A stretch of DNA of 64,000 bases from an uncultured Acidobacteriota bacterium (GTDB taxonomy: Bacteria; Acidobacteriota; Terriglobia; Terriglobales; Acidobacteriaceae), in assembly GCA_963826735.1 (NCBI GenBank), contig CAWGYN010000008.1:62489-126488 (forward strand), written 5' to 3'. Shown here piece after piece: positions 1-11,573 of this stretch. The position numbers and the translations under genes are program-made. The notes below the pieces were generated by a model. The model saw only the letters and a program-made list of their open reading frames with translations. It ran no database searches and had not been told where the DNA came from. Position 1 is the stretch's first letter, and every line of letters begins with the position of its first letter.

Positions 1-872
1 CCGCGCACCAGCGATTCAAACAATGGAAACTGCATCGTGACCTTGCTGAGGTCCTGCTCGTCTTCCTCGGCGGGGCTGGTGGTGGTGCGCACCATGTCGC
101 CAAAGTCGTAGAGCGCCAGGCCGGGCATCACGGTATCGAGGTCGACGACGCACAGGCTCTCGCCGGTGGCATCGTCGAGCAGCACGTTGTTGAACTTGGT
201 GTCGTTGTGGGTGATGCGCTCGGGCAGATCGGCCTGATGGCTGGCTTCGATCAGAACGCCCGTAATGGACTGGTGCGCGAGGGCAAAGTCGATTTCGGTT
301 TTGGCGAGCGCAGCGCGGCCTTTCACGTCCGCGGCGATTGCCTGCTCGAGCGCGGCAAAGCGTTTCGGCGTGTGGTGGAAATCGGGGATGGTCTCGTGAA
401 GCCGCGGCGCCGGCAGACTGGCAAGTTGCTGCTGGAAGCGGCCGAAAGCCTCCGCTGCCTGGAACGCCTGCTCGGCGGATGTTGCGGTTTCGTAGCTGCG
501 CGCGTTCTCAATAAATCGATAGGCGCGCCAGGTTTCTCCCTGCGCGTCTTCGTACCAGTTACGACCGTCGTGCGCAGGAATGAGCGTAAGGGCTAGGCGG
601 GCGTGGTCGGGCTCGCCGGCAACCTGCGCGCTGAGATGCGCGGTGACGCGTTCAATATTCTGCATCAGCGCGATGGGCGAGTGAAAAACGTGGCCATTGA
701 TGTGCTGCAGGACGTAGCGCGCTGGAGTGCTTGCCCCGTTGCACGTAACCAGATAGGTATCGTTGATGTGGCCGTTGCCGTAGGGCACAAAATCCACGGC
801 TTTGCCGCGGAACTGGAACTGTGCAGCCACGGCGTGGAGTGCTTCGCCACGAGTATCGATCGTTTGGTTCAC
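1..872 (-). CDS. Aminoglycoside phosphotransferase-family sugar kinase (N-acetylhexosamine 1-kinase-like); runs off the window start
   Basis: Manual translation from GTG at 872, overlapping the upstream TGA: MNQTIDTRGEALHAVAAQF...YGNGHINDTY...RITHNDTKFNNVLLD...DLDTVMPG...YDFGDMVR (APH/choline kinase motifs). Absent from the ORF track because no stop lies in the window. Confidence 0.85.
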   Translation of the reverse strand, partial: MNQTIDTRGEALHAVAAQFQFRGKAVDFVPYGNGHINDTYLVTCNGASTPARYVLQHINGHVFHSPIALMQNIERVTAHLSAQVAGEPDHARLALTLIPAHDGRNWYEDAQGETWRAYRFIENARSYETATSAEQAFQAAEAFGRFQQQLASLPAPRLHETIPDFHHTPKRFAALEQAIAADVKGRAALAKTEIDFALAHQSITGVLIEASHQADLPERITHNDTKFNNVLLDDATGESLCVVDLDTVMPGLALYDFGDMVRTTTSPAEEDEQDLSKVTMQFPLFESLVR

Positions 873-1777
873 GGCCAGAGCTTCTCAGGATAAGCGCCTG
901 CGGCAATCAGCGTGCGAATGCTCTCCACCACGCGCGGGCGGTCTTCGCGATAGGTGACGCCGAACCAGGAGCCTTCCGCGGGCAAAACTTTCACGCGTGC
1001 CTTGCCCGCTGAAACCAGATCGTTCATCGTGGTGGGAATGAGGCACTCGCGTTTGGGATCGGAGCGATTTTGATCGAGAAAGGTCTCAAAACTCTCACGC
1101 AACTGATCGAATATGCGCGGAGTGAATCCCCAAAAGTTTAAGCTAACCGGCTCGTTGCCCGTTAGGCGCGTGACCTGTCCGGCGGCGTCGGTATTCTTCA
1201 CGGTGTCGCCGTCGCGCTGAATGGCGAGGTATTCGACGATGCTCTTCAGATAATCGCCATCGGCAAGCTGGCACACGCCGCGGGCCACAGTTCCGAATTC
1301 AGAGAGCGTGTTGCGCAACACGAATCCGATCATGGCGTAGTCGGGCGCTCCGGAGGTGAGATGGCCGGCGATCACGCGGAAGCTCTCTGCGCCATAGAAG
1401 TCGTCGGCATTGATGGCGGCGAAGGGCTCGCGAACAGCGCTGGCTCCCGCGAGGACAGCCTGCGTGGTGCCCCAAGGCTTGGTGCGTCCCGCGGGCACGG
1501 TGAAGCGGGGCGGAATGTCTTCGAGCGACTGGAAGACGTAGTCGACGGCAACGCGCTTCTCAAAGCGCGAGCCCACGATCTCGCGAAAAGCCTCTTCGAT
1601 GTCCTTGCGGATGACGAAGACGACCTTGCCGAAGCCGGCGCGGAGAGCGTCGAAGATGGAGTAATCGATGATGGTTTCGCCGGCGGGGCCGACAGGGTCG
1701 ATCTGCTTGAGCCCGCCGTAACGGCTGCCCATGCCGGCGGCGAGAACGAGGAGGGTCGGCGAAGATGCGGAGCTCAT
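869..1777 (-). CDS. Sugar-phosphate nucleotidyltransferase
   Basis: N-terminal LLVLAAGMGSRYGGLKQ signature, KPWGT and INADDFYG motifs; start placed at ATG 1777. Confidence 0.9.
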   Translation of the reverse strand: MSSASSPTLLVLAAGMGSRYGGLKQIDPVGPAGETIIDYSIFDALRAGFGKVVFVIRKDIEEAFREIVGSRFEKRVAVDYVFQSLEDIPPRFTVPAGRTKPWGTTQAVLAGASAVREPFAAINADDFYGAESFRVIAGHLTSGAPDYAMIGFVLRNTLSEFGTVARGVCQLADGDYLKSIVEYLAIQRDGDTVKNTDAAGQVTRLTGNEPVSLNFWGFTPRIFDQLRESFETFLDQNRSDPKRECLIPTTMNDLVSAGKARVKVLPAEGSWFGVTYREDRPRVVESIRTLIAAGAYPEKLWP

Positions 1778-1908
1778 CAAAAAGGGCCTTCGTACGTGGG
1801 TTTTCAGTTTAATCGAATGGTACAACATTGAGCCTGTTTCAGGCGCTGCGGGCGCTCACTGCGGCGGTAGGGGTCAGTTCGAAGCCGTCGCGAGAAGGCG
1901 CCACTTTA

Positions 1909-2004
1909 CAGGCCGCTGAAAAATCCTACAGAGTCATGTTTTGTATCAGGGCGCGAGTTCACTCGCGCCGCAACGGACGCCAAAATGATGCCGGGCTTTA
2001 GCCC
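1909..2004. repeat. Composite REP/MITE-like element
   Basis: CAGGCCGCTGAAAAA (12/15 match to the IS5 terminal repeat at 57024), then hairpins GGCGCGAG-TTCA-CTCGCGCC and GGGCT-TT-AGCCC; same parts as at 56977-57038/58298-58310. Confidence 0.6.
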
Positions 2005-2074
2005 CGCTGGGAACTTCGCACATAGGTGCGACACTTGTTCCCTATCCTTGAGCAAGCTGCTAAAGTGGGTTGCC

Positions 2075-2920
2075 ATGAGAAGATGCAACCCTCGCCGAGG
2101 TTTCCTGAACCTTTTGATTCCGGCAGCGCTGGCGGCCGCCTGCGCCATGCCTGTCCTGCCCGCGCAGACGCCCGACACACAGAATGCGCCGCCGCAAACT
2201 GCGCCCGCTTGGGCGCAGCCGGGTTCCGCAACGCATGTGCAGGTGGCGCCACCGGCCGACTTTCACAGGCCGAGCCGGAATTTCGACACGCCGATTGGGG
2301 TTTTCGAAGGGCAATCCGACATTGGCGCGGCGCTTGTGCCCGGCAGCGCCAGTTTCGACGCGGCAACCGGGCAGTACACCATTCACTCGGCCGGATATAA
2401 CGTCTGGTACACGCGCGACGAGTTCCGGTTCCTGTGGAAGCGCATGTCGGGCGACGTGTCTCTGGCGGCGGACATCGATTTTCCCGATCCGAAGGGATAC
2501 GGCGACCGCAAAGCCGTGCTGATGATCCGGCAAAGCCTGGACGATGACGCGAAGGCCGCGATGGTGGCGCTGCACGGAGCGGGGATGGTGCACCTGGCGT
2601 GGCGGCCGGAGCGCGATGTGCGCGTCGAGGACATGGAGTTTCGCATGGGCAGCCGCGGTGGCCGTCCAGGCGGTGCCTCGCCGGATAGCCTCATCACCAT
2701 CACTGCCCGGCGCATCGGGATCGAAAAGCATGGCGACGAGTTTGCAATTTTCCTGAGCCTCGACGGCGAGCCGATGCACCAGTTCGGTCCGCCGATCAAG
2801 CTGCATCTGGACGGGCCGTTTTACGTCGGCATCGGCTTCTGCTCGCACCTGCCGGAGACGGTGGACACGGCGGTGCTGTCGAGTGTGGTGCTCAAGAATG
2901 CGGCGGGAAAAGTGAAGTAG
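2075..2920 (+). CDS. Secreted beta-sandwich protein of unknown function (resembles the N-terminal domain of TolB-like proteins)
   Basis: Tat-like leader (PRRGFLNLLIPAALAAAC); FEGQSDIG, AGYNVW, RKAVLMIRQSLD and YVGIGFCSH motifs. Confidence 0.65.
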   Translation: MRRCNPRRGFLNLLIPAALAAACAMPVLPAQTPDTQNAPPQTAPAWAQPGSATHVQVAPPADFHRPSRNFDTPIGVFEGQSDIGAALVPGSASFDAATGQYTIHSAGYNVWYTRDEFRFLWKRMSGDVSLAADIDFPDPKGYGDRKAVLMIRQSLDDDAKAAMVALHGAGMVHLAWRPERDVRVEDMEFRMGSRGGRPGGASPDSLITITARRIGIEKHGDEFAIFLSLDGEPMHQFGPPIKLHLDGPFYVGIGFCSHLPETVDTAVLSSVVLKNAAGKVK

Positions 2921-3012
2921 GGGCTCGGTGCCGGGTTGACTTCATTGCTTGTGTTGATAATTCTGACCAGATCACCTATACTTATAGGCAGATTAGCCAA
3001 AAAGGAGATTTC

Positions 3013-3258
3013 ATGGCACGGTGGCAGGTCCAGGAAGCAAAGATGCGTCTGAGCCAAGTGCTCGAAGAGGCGCAAAGCAAAGGCCCGCAAATGATTACGC
3101 GTCATGGAGTTGACCGAGCCGTGGTGCTTTCCATCGACGATTTTCACTCTCTGAGCGCCCACAAGCCGGACCTCCGCGAATACCTGCTGGGAGGACCCAA
3201 AGTGGACGATTTCGAAGTCGAGCCAGACCGGGACACTGGCCGTGAGATCGCGTTGTGA
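3013..3258 (+). CDS. Phd/YefM-family antitoxin
   Basis: WQVQEAKMRLSQVLEEAQSKGPQMITRHG; strong RBS (AAGGAG); GTGA overlap with the toxin gene. Confidence 0.9.
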   Translation: MARWQVQEAKMRLSQVLEEAQSKGPQMITRHGVDRAVVLSIDDFHSLSAHKPDLREYLLGGPKVDDFEVEPDRDTGREIAL

Positions 3259-3677
3259 GCGCCCCAGTCGCTTACCTGCTCGACACCAATGTCCTGAGCG
3301 AGACGCGCAAGAAGAAGGCTGACCCCGGCGTGATGGCGTTTCTTCAGGCGACCGACTCCTCAGCGCTCTACCTGAGCGTGCTAACCATCGGAGAGCTGCG
3401 CAAAGGCATTGCCATCAAGAGGCGCACCGATCTGACCGCCGCAAGAGCGCTGGCCGGCTGGGTGGAGGGGTTGGAATTCGGCTTTGTCGACCGCATTCTG
3501 CCGATCGATGGGCCGACAGCGCGGCTTTGGGGCGACTGGTCCGGCGATCGCCCGCGACCGGTCATCGACACGCTTCTCGCGGCCACCGCCGCCAAACACT
3601 CACTCACCTTTGTCACGCGAAACACGCGCGATATCAGCGGGCTCCCGGTAAAAGTGCACAATCCGTGGACGGGGTAG
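3255..3677 (+). CDS. vapC: VapC-family PIN-domain toxin
   Basis: YLLDTNVLSE...TIGELRKG...IDTLLAATA...VTRNTRD...NPW PIN motifs. Confidence 0.9.
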   Translation: MSAPVAYLLDTNVLSETRKKKADPGVMAFLQATDSSALYLSVLTIGELRKGIAIKRRTDLTAARALAGWVEGLEFGFVDRILPIDGPTARLWGDWSGDRPRPVIDTLLAATAAKHSLTFVTRNTRDISGLPVKVHNPWTG

Positions 3678-3806
3678 CCGTCGCTTATCGATCCAGAAAC
3701 TCGGCGCACCAAAAAACAAACCGAACCCATGGCGCGAGTCACTCCGCGCCTTGCCCCTTCCCCGCCTCGCGTGTTTGACTGGTCTCCGGAAAGGGGTAAG
3801 GCACGT

Positions 3807-5294
<1,488 letters not shown>

Positions 5295-5514
5295 GGGGTC
5301 GGAAGCGTCCCACAATGTTGATGCCGATCAAATCGAATATGATCTCAATGATCTTTCTTCGCGCTATCTGCAAAAGGGAAATCAGGACGACCTACGGCAA
5401 AACCAGATGCCCTGACGTTGCGCTTCAAGGACGTATATTTCCCTGCACTTGTGCCTGAATAGCAACGATCTGCGGGATTTCGCCTTCAGTCGCCCCGCAA
5501 TCATTAAGGACTGT

Positions 5515-6966
5515 ATGTCGCGATTGAATCCACATGTCGTTTTGCTCACCCTCATCGCCACTCTGGGCGGCTTGCTTTTTGGATATGACACGGCCGTCAT
5601 CAACGGCGCGGTGGATAGTCTGAAGGCTTATTTCATCAATCCGCGATTCGCGGATCTGGCCAACCCCGCCCAGGCCAACGCCGCGAATTCGTTGCTGGGC
5701 TTTGTGGTTTCAAGCGCGCTCATCGGCTGCATCGTCGGTGGCCTGGTCGGCGGCTGGGTGAGTACCCACATCGGCCGCAAGCGCGGATTGATGATTGCCG
5801 CAGTGCTCTTTCTGGTTTCGGCCATGGGCGCCGCCGCGCCGGAATTTCCTTTTGCTCCCATCGGTCACGGCGGACCCGGCTACATGGCGAATTTCGTCTT
5901 CTACCGCATCCTGGGCGGTATCGGCGTGGGACTGGCTTCCATGCTGTCGCCGATGTATATCGCGGAAATCGCGCCGCCCAAGGTCCGGGGAAACCTGGTG
6001 GCGTGGAACCAATTCGCCATCATCTTCGGCATGCTGGTGATTTACTTCGTCAACTTCGGAATCTCCAAAACCGGCAGCGGCGATGCCTGGCTTAATACCA
6101 TCGGCTGGCGCTACATGTTCCTTTCCGGCGCCATTCCCGCCATCCTTTTTCTCGTCCTCCTGTTTGTTGTCCCTGAAACCCCGCGTTACCTGATGCTCAA
6201 GGGAAATGAAAGCGGCGCGCGCGCGGTGCTGGCCAAACTGGTGACGCCGGAGGAAGGCGAAAAGGAAATCTCCGAAATCCGCGCTTCCCTGAGCGAGCAT
6301 CACTCCGGCAAATTGTTTTCGTTCGGCGTGCTTCTGGTTTTCATCGGCGTCATGCTGTCGGTCTTCCAGCAATTCGTCGGCATCAACGTAGTGCTTTACT
6401 ATGCCACCGACATTTTCAAAGGCATGGGCCTCACCACCAATGCCTCGCTGTTCCAAACCATCATCGTCGGCGCGGTGAACCTGGTTTTCACCGTAGTTGC
6501 CATTCTCACCGTAGATCGATTTGGCCGCCGCCCGTTGCAGATCACCGGCGCGCTGGTGATGGCGGTGAGCATGATCTCCTTGGGCACCGACTTCTGGCTC
6601 GGCGGCAAGGGCATGGTCGCGTTGATCAGCATGTTGGTCTATACCGCCGGCTTTGCCGTTTCCTGGGGGCCGGTCACCTGGGTGCTTTTGAGCGAGATTT
6701 TCCCCAACCAGATTCGTGGCAAGGCCATGGCCGTGGCCGTGGCGGCACAGTGGATCGCCAATTATCTCGTCAGTTGGTCGTTCCCCATTCTGGATAAAAA
6801 CCCCTGGTTGGTGGAGCATTTCAAGCATGGGTTCGCTTATTGGATATATGGTGTGATGGGCATTCTCGCCGCGTTGTTTATGGGCGGAATTGTGCCGGAG
6901 ACCAATGGCCGTTCGCTGGAGCAGATGCAAAAGCTGTGGCAGCCCGCCGGTCCTAAATCATCCTAG
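5515..6966 (+). CDS. xylE: MFS sugar porter, D-xylose:proton symporter XylE-like
   Basis: GGLLFGYDTAVI, PMYIAEIAP, PETPRYL, QQFVGINVVLYY, SWGPVTWVLLSEIFP and PET motifs; substrate is inferred. Confidence 0.8.
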   Translation: MSRLNPHVVLLTLIATLGGLLFGYDTAVINGAVDSLKAYFINPRFADLANPAQANAANSLLGFVVSSALIGCIVGGLVGGWVSTHIGRKRGLMIAAVLFLVSAMGAAAPEFPFAPIGHGGPGYMANFVFYRILGGIGVGLASMLSPMYIAEIAPPKVRGNLVAWNQFAIIFGMLVIYFVNFGISKTGSGDAWLNTIGWRYMFLSGAIPAILFLVLLFVVPETPRYLMLKGNESGARAVLAKLVTPEEGEKEISEIRASLSEHHSGKLFSFGVLLVFIGVMLSVFQQFVGINVVLYYATDIFKGMGLTTNASLFQTIIVGAVNLVFTVVAILTVDRFGRRPLQITGALVMAVSMISLGTDFWLGGKGMVALISMLVYTAGFAVSWGPVTWVLLSEIFPNQIRGKAMAVAVAAQWIANYLVSWSFPILDKNPWLVEHFKHGFAYWIYGVMGILAALFMGGIVPETNGRSLEQMQKLWQPAGPKSS

Positions 6967-6992
6967 GTAAATGAGCGAGGAGTTCTAAGATT

Positions 6993-8675
6993 GTGAAACT
7001 ATTTCGAGGCTTACGGCCGCTCCGGCGCGCAACCGCTCTGCGCGACGCGCTGGCGGGCAACGTGATGGCGGCGATGGATATCCCGCAGGTGCTGGGATAC
7101 AGCAAGATTGCGGGAATGCCCGTGGTGACGGGGCTTTACTCGCTCTTTTTGCCGCTGGTTGCGTTTGCGGCCTTTGGCTCGTCGCGCTATATGGTGGTGG
7201 CGGCAGACTCCGCAACGGCCGCGATCTTTGCCAGCGGAGTGGCGGGCACGGCGACGCCGGGCGGCGCGCAATATATTGCTCTGGCCGGAATTGTGGCAGT
7301 GCTGACCGCAGGAATTCTGCTACTGGCACGGCTGCTGCGGCTGGCGTTTATCGCAGATTTTCTTTCGCGGACGGTGCTGGTGGGCTTTCTCACCGGCGTG
7401 GGTCTGCAGGTGGGAATCTCCGTGCTGAGCGAGATGCTTGGCGTCGCCGTGGATTCGCGGCGGTCGGCCGTGCAGCTTTGGGAAGTGGTGCGAGGATTGC
7501 CGCACGCAAGCTTGCCCACCGTGGCACTGTCGGCGTCAGTGCTGGCGTTTGTCTTGCTGCTGCGACGCTTCGCTCCCAAGGTGCCGGGCGCGCTGGTGGC
7601 CGTTGTGGCCGCGATTGCGGCTAGCGCGGAGTGGAATTTTGCGGGACACGGGATTGCGACGATTGGGCCGGTGGTTGGCGGGTTGCCGCATCTGGCGTTG
7701 ATGTCGCTGCTCAGCATTCGCGAGATGAACCGGCAGGAAGTGGAGCTGCTGCTCACGGTGTCCGCCTCGTGCGCCGTGATGATTCTTACGCAAAGCGCGG
7801 CGACCTCGCGGATCTATGCGGCGAAACATTACGAGACTGTCGACGAGAATCTCGATCTGTATGGGCTTTCGGCTGCGAATGCGGCGGCGGCGCTGAGCGG
7901 CGGGTTTGTGGTGAATGGAAGCCCCACGCAGACGGCGATGATGGAAGACGCCGGCGGGCGGAGCCAGTTGGCGCAGGTGTCAACGGCCGTGGTGGTGGGC
8001 GTGGTGCTGCTGTTTCTCACCGGGCCGCTCCAGCATCTGCCCACTTGCGTGCTGGGCGCAATGGTATTCCTGGTTGCGCTGCGGCTTATCGATTTCGCCG
8101 AGTTGCGCAACATTCGGGCCGAGAGCCCGCAGGAATATGCCCTGGCAGTGATGACGGCCGCGGTCGTGGTTCTAGTGGGAGTGGAAGAGGGAATCGTGCT
8201 GGCGATGATCGTGTCGCTGATGCGCGTGGTGCGGCATGGTTATCACCCGCATAGCGGCGTCCTCGAGGCAAACCCGGATGGAACCTGGAAGCTCGTGCCT
8301 GTTGCGCCGCATGTGGTCACGGAACCGGGGCTGGTGCTCTACCGGTTTGGAGCCGAGCTTTATTACGCCAATGCCGGGCGATTCCTTGAGGAGGTTTCGC
8401 AAGTGGTGCAGCCGATGCCCTCAGCCGTGAAATGGGTGGTAGTGGACGCGGAGGCGATGACGCACATGGATTACACGGCTGCCCGGATTGTGGTGCGGCT
8501 GAAGAAGAACCTCGATGAAGCTGGAGTGGAGCTGGGGTTTGCGCGCGTGCCATGGGATCTGCGCTCCGACCTCGATCGCCATCACGTGACGGACGCGATC
8601 GGGCCAGGCCGGATCTTCAACCGGCTGCACGACGCGATTGCGGCATTTGAGACATCGGCGAAGCCGAGCGTCTAA
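6993..8675 (+). CDS. SulP/SLC26-family anion permease with STAS domain
   Basis: DIPQVLGYSKIAGMPVVTGLY, GFLTGVG, VNGSPTQT; C-terminal YRFGAELYYAN...VVVDAEAM STAS domain. Confidence 0.9.
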   Translation: MKLFRGLRPLRRATALRDALAGNVMAAMDIPQVLGYSKIAGMPVVTGLYSLFLPLVAFAAFGSSRYMVVAADSATAAIFASGVAGTATPGGAQYIALAGIVAVLTAGILLLARLLRLAFIADFLSRTVLVGFLTGVGLQVGISVLSEMLGVAVDSRRSAVQLWEVVRGLPHASLPTVALSASVLAFVLLLRRFAPKVPGALVAVVAAIAASAEWNFAGHGIATIGPVVGGLPHLALMSLLSIREMNRQEVELLLTVSASCAVMILTQSAATSRIYAAKHYETVDENLDLYGLSAANAAAALSGGFVVNGSPTQTAMMEDAGGRSQLAQVSTAVVVGVVLLFLTGPLQHLPTCVLGAMVFLVALRLIDFAELRNIRAESPQEYALAVMTAAVVVLVGVEEGIVLAMIVSLMRVVRHGYHPHSGVLEANPDGTWKLVPVAPHVVTEPGLVLYRFGAELYYANAGRFLEEVSQVVQPMPSAVKWVVVDAEAMTHMDYTAARIVVRLKKNLDEAGVELGFARVPWDLRSDLDRHHVTDAIGPGRIFNRLHDAIAAFETSAKPSV

Positions 8676-8734
8676 AGGCGCGATTGCTTTTGCTCATGCG
8701 GCGCGCGACCTGTCGACGCGCTGGTCGCAGGCCG

Positions 8735-9991
8735 TCAGCCGATCTCCTGGTCCCAGCTCTCCAGCACCTTCTTGAACTCGAGCATGAACTTGCCGCCGTC
8801 GGCGCCGTCGATCAGGCGGTGATCGAAGCCAAGGCAGAAGTACTGCATCGATCGGATGGCAATAGAATCGTTGCCGTCGGCGTCGGTGAGTACGGCAGGT
8901 TCCTTGCGCAAGCCGCCCACTGCGAGAATCGCCGACTCGGGCTGGTTAATAATGGGCATGCCGAACTCGCCGCCGAAGGCGCCGGCGTTGGTGAGCGTAA
9001 AAGTGGACCCGCCGACCTCGTCGGGCGAGAGCTTCTTGGTGCGGGCGCGAAGGGCCAAATCCGCAATGGAGCCGGCCAGAGCGGCAAAGCTCGCATTCTC
9101 GGCCTGGCGGATCACGGGCACGATGAGGCCCCATTCGAGGGCCACGGCGATGCCGAGGTTGATGTTGCGGTGATAGCGGATGGCGAGGCCGTCTTTCCCG
9201 CTTTCAAGCGAGGCATTGACGATGGGGAAGCGGCGCAGCGCGGCAACGGCCGCGGCGGCAATGAACGGCATGAAAGTCAACTTGACCCCGTGGCGCTGCT
9301 CGAAGCCGGCGCGGTGCTGCTCGCGGAGGCGCGCGATGCGCGTCATGTCGACCTTGTAGACGGAGTAGACGTGCGGGCTGGTGCGCACACTTTCGACCAT
9401 GCGGTCGGCAATGATGGCGCGCATGCGGGTGAGGGGCATGGCATCGGTCGGAACCACCTGGGGCGAGGCGGTCTCTTGGCCTGGAGATGGCGCTGCGGAC
9501 TTTTGAAAGGGCGATGATGCAGCGCGCAGCACGTCGTCTTTGCCGATGCGGCCGCCGGTGCCGGTCCCGGTAATGCGGCTCAAGTCGATTCCATGCTCTT
9601 TGGCGATGCGCCGGGCCAGCGGCGAAGAGCGCACCACCTGCGGTGGGGCAGACTCTTGGACGAGTTTCTGGGCAAGGACCACCTGCGGTGGGGTAGCGTT
9701 TCGGGCAGCAGCCTGTGGAATCGGAGCCGCTACGGAGGCGGCCACCGCAGACCCGGCCTCGCCGATCACCGCGACCACGGTGTTGACTTCGATAGTGGCG
9801 CCTTCGGGAAAGCGGATCTCAGCCAGCACGCCGGCCACAGGCGAGGGAATCTCAGCGTCCACCTTGTCGGTAGAGATTTCGAAAAGCGGCTCGTCGATTG
9901 CGACGGTGTCGCCGATGGCTTTGAGCCATTTGGTGATCGTGCCCTCGAAGATCGACTCGCCCATCTGGGGCATGATGATTTCAGTGGACAT
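8735..9991 (-). CDS. 2-oxo-acid dehydrogenase E2 dihydrolipoamide acyltransferase (SucB-like)
   Basis: Lipoyl domain (MPQMGESIFEGT...STDKVDAEI), E3-binding domain (SPLARRIAKEHGIDL) and catalytic DHRLIDG. Confidence 0.92.
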   Translation of the reverse strand: MSTEIIMPQMGESIFEGTITKWLKAIGDTVAIDEPLFEISTDKVDAEIPSPVAGVLAEIRFPEGATIEVNTVVAVIGEAGSAVAASVAAPIPQAAARNATPPQVVLAQKLVQESAPPQVVRSSPLARRIAKEHGIDLSRITGTGTGGRIGKDDVLRAASSPFQKSAAPSPGQETASPQVVPTDAMPLTRMRAIIADRMVESVRTSPHVYSVYKVDMTRIARLREQHRAGFEQRHGVKLTFMPFIAAAAVAALRRFPIVNASLESGKDGLAIRYHRNINLGIAVALEWGLIVPVIRQAENASFAALAGSIADLALRARTKKLSPDEVGGSTFTLTNAGAFGGEFGMPIINQPESAILAVGGLRKEPAVLTDADGNDSIAIRSMQYFCLGFDHRLIDGADGGKFMLEFKKVLESWDQEIG

Positions 9992-10065
9992 GCATCCCTC
10001 AGTTCGCCGCGCGCAGCAGTTCCTGCCGGATTATAAATCGCTGGTACGTGTTGGCGCTGAGAAGT

Positions 10066-10112
10066 GCGGGCGAGGACGCCCGCACGACAGCCGGTCGGGA
10101 GACCGGCGCTAC
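10066..10112 (-). repeat. GTAG-type REP double hairpin
   Basis: Minus strand reads GTAGCGCCGGTCTCCCGACCGGC plus a second hairpin; related copies at 24045-24095 and 61108-61159. Confidence 0.7.
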
Positions 10113-10116
10113 ATGA

Positions 10117-11007
10117 TTACGCCAAGATCGGCGGGTCTTTGACTGGGCGTGGCAACTGGCGCAGGCGCTCGATTGTGGGCGGGACCTGGAGCGGCGTGTC
10201 TTGTGCCGGCGATTCCGGCGCGGAAGCGGTTTGCGCCTGGGCGCGCAGCGCGGCCAGATTTTCCAGCGTTTCGATCGGTTCGTCAAAGACCGCGCCGAAC
10301 AGGTGGGCTGCGCGGTGGGCGAGGGCTTCGAGCGTGGGCAGCGCCGCGGGGTCCGAAACCTCCCGGGCCAGGCTCGTCACGGGCTTGTCGGTGATGCCGC
10401 AGGGGTTGATGAGGCGGAAATCGTCGAGATTGGTGGTGACGTTGAAGGCGAACCCGTGCGAGGTGACGCCGCGGGCGACGTGAATGCCGATCGCCGCAAT
10501 TTTTCTTTCACCCGCGGGCACATCTTTGCCCGTTCTCCCACTACTCTCTTCCAAAAGCCTGCCGTCCGCAGGACCCCACCGCAGGTGGCACCAGACTCCC
10601 GTCAGTCCGCAAATGCGCCCGGCCGCCACGCCAAATTCGCCGCAGAGCCGGATGAGCGCCTCTTCCATGAGGCGGACGAAGTCGACCGGGCCGAGGCGGT
10701 TGCCGCTCACATTGCGCAGGCTGCGCAAATCGAAGATGGGGTAGCCGATGAGTTGGCCGGGGCCATGGTAGGTGACGTCGCCGCCGCGGTTGATCTCGTG
10801 GAGCGTGACGCCGCGGCTGGCCAGCAATTCGTCGGAGGCAAGAATGTTAGACCGCTTGGCGTTACGACCCAGCGTGAGCACGGGCGGATGCTCCAGCAGC
10901 AAAAGCACGTTGCCAATGCATCCCTGCTGGCGCAATGCGACGAGTTCTTCCTGCAGGCGCAAGGCCTCGGCGTAGTCTACGCGTCCGAGATAGAGGTACT
11001 GAATCAT
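10117..11007 (-). CDS. lipB: Lipoyl(octanoyl) transferase LipB
   Basis: LLLEHPPVLTLG, RGGDVTYHGPGQL, RKIAAIGIHV, SHGFAFNV and INPCGI motifs; start MIQYLYLGR. Confidence 0.93.
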   Translation of the reverse strand: MIQYLYLGRVDYAEALRLQEELVALRQQGCIGNVLLLLEHPPVLTLGRNAKRSNILASDELLASRGVTLHEINRGGDVTYHGPGQLIGYPIFDLRSLRNVSGNRLGPVDFVRLMEEALIRLCGEFGVAAGRICGLTGVWCHLRWGPADGRLLEESSGRTGKDVPAGERKIAAIGIHVARGVTSHGFAFNVTTNLDDFRLINPCGITDKPVTSLAREVSDPAALPTLEALAHRAAHLFGAVFDEPIETLENLAALRAQAQTASAPESPAQDTPLQVPPTIERLRQLPRPVKDPPILA

Positions 11008-11086
11008 CTGCTTATTTGATTCTAGTGACGCACCCGGTGATGCTGCGCGCAGGACCATTTCGAGCGCGTCGCCATTTCGCGCGAAG

Positions 11087-11573
11087 CTATTTCGAAGGAT
11101 CGACCAGCGCTTGATAGACCAGGGGCCGGGTCGAGTACTCCATATTGGGTTGGCCGCCTTTCAGGCGCTGGATCATGCCGACAAAAACGATGTCGTTCGT
11201 CGGATCGACCCAGAACCATGTGCTGGCAGCGCCATCCCAGAAGAAGGTGTTCTTGCCGTCGGGCAAATCGGCTGCCTGGGGATCGAAGAGCACGGCGCAG
11301 TCGTAACCGTATCCGAAACCGGTGCGGAGGGTCTGCGCGCCTACGTGGAATTCGCCCGTAAGCATGCTGGCGGGAAGATGATTTGTGTCCATGAGGCGGA
11401 CGCTTGAGGGAGCGAGGATGCGCACCCCGCCAAGCTCGCCGCTGTTCCCCAGCATCTGCGCAAAGCGGTAGTAGTCCTCGGCCGTGGAAACCAGGCCGCC
11501 GCCTCCGGAGGGCGCAGCGGGCGGTGAGAGGAAGTCACCCATGCCGCTGCCGTTGGAGGTGTCAGGGCGCAGG
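11087..11573 (-). pseudogene. C-terminal remnant of a beta-lactamase-family serine hydrolase, cut by ISAs1
   Basis: SGGGGLVSTAEDYYRFAQML...FFWDGAASTWFWVDP...MIQ. Similarity stops exactly at the IS end and no N-terminal SxxK half is found on the other side. Confidence 0.8.
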
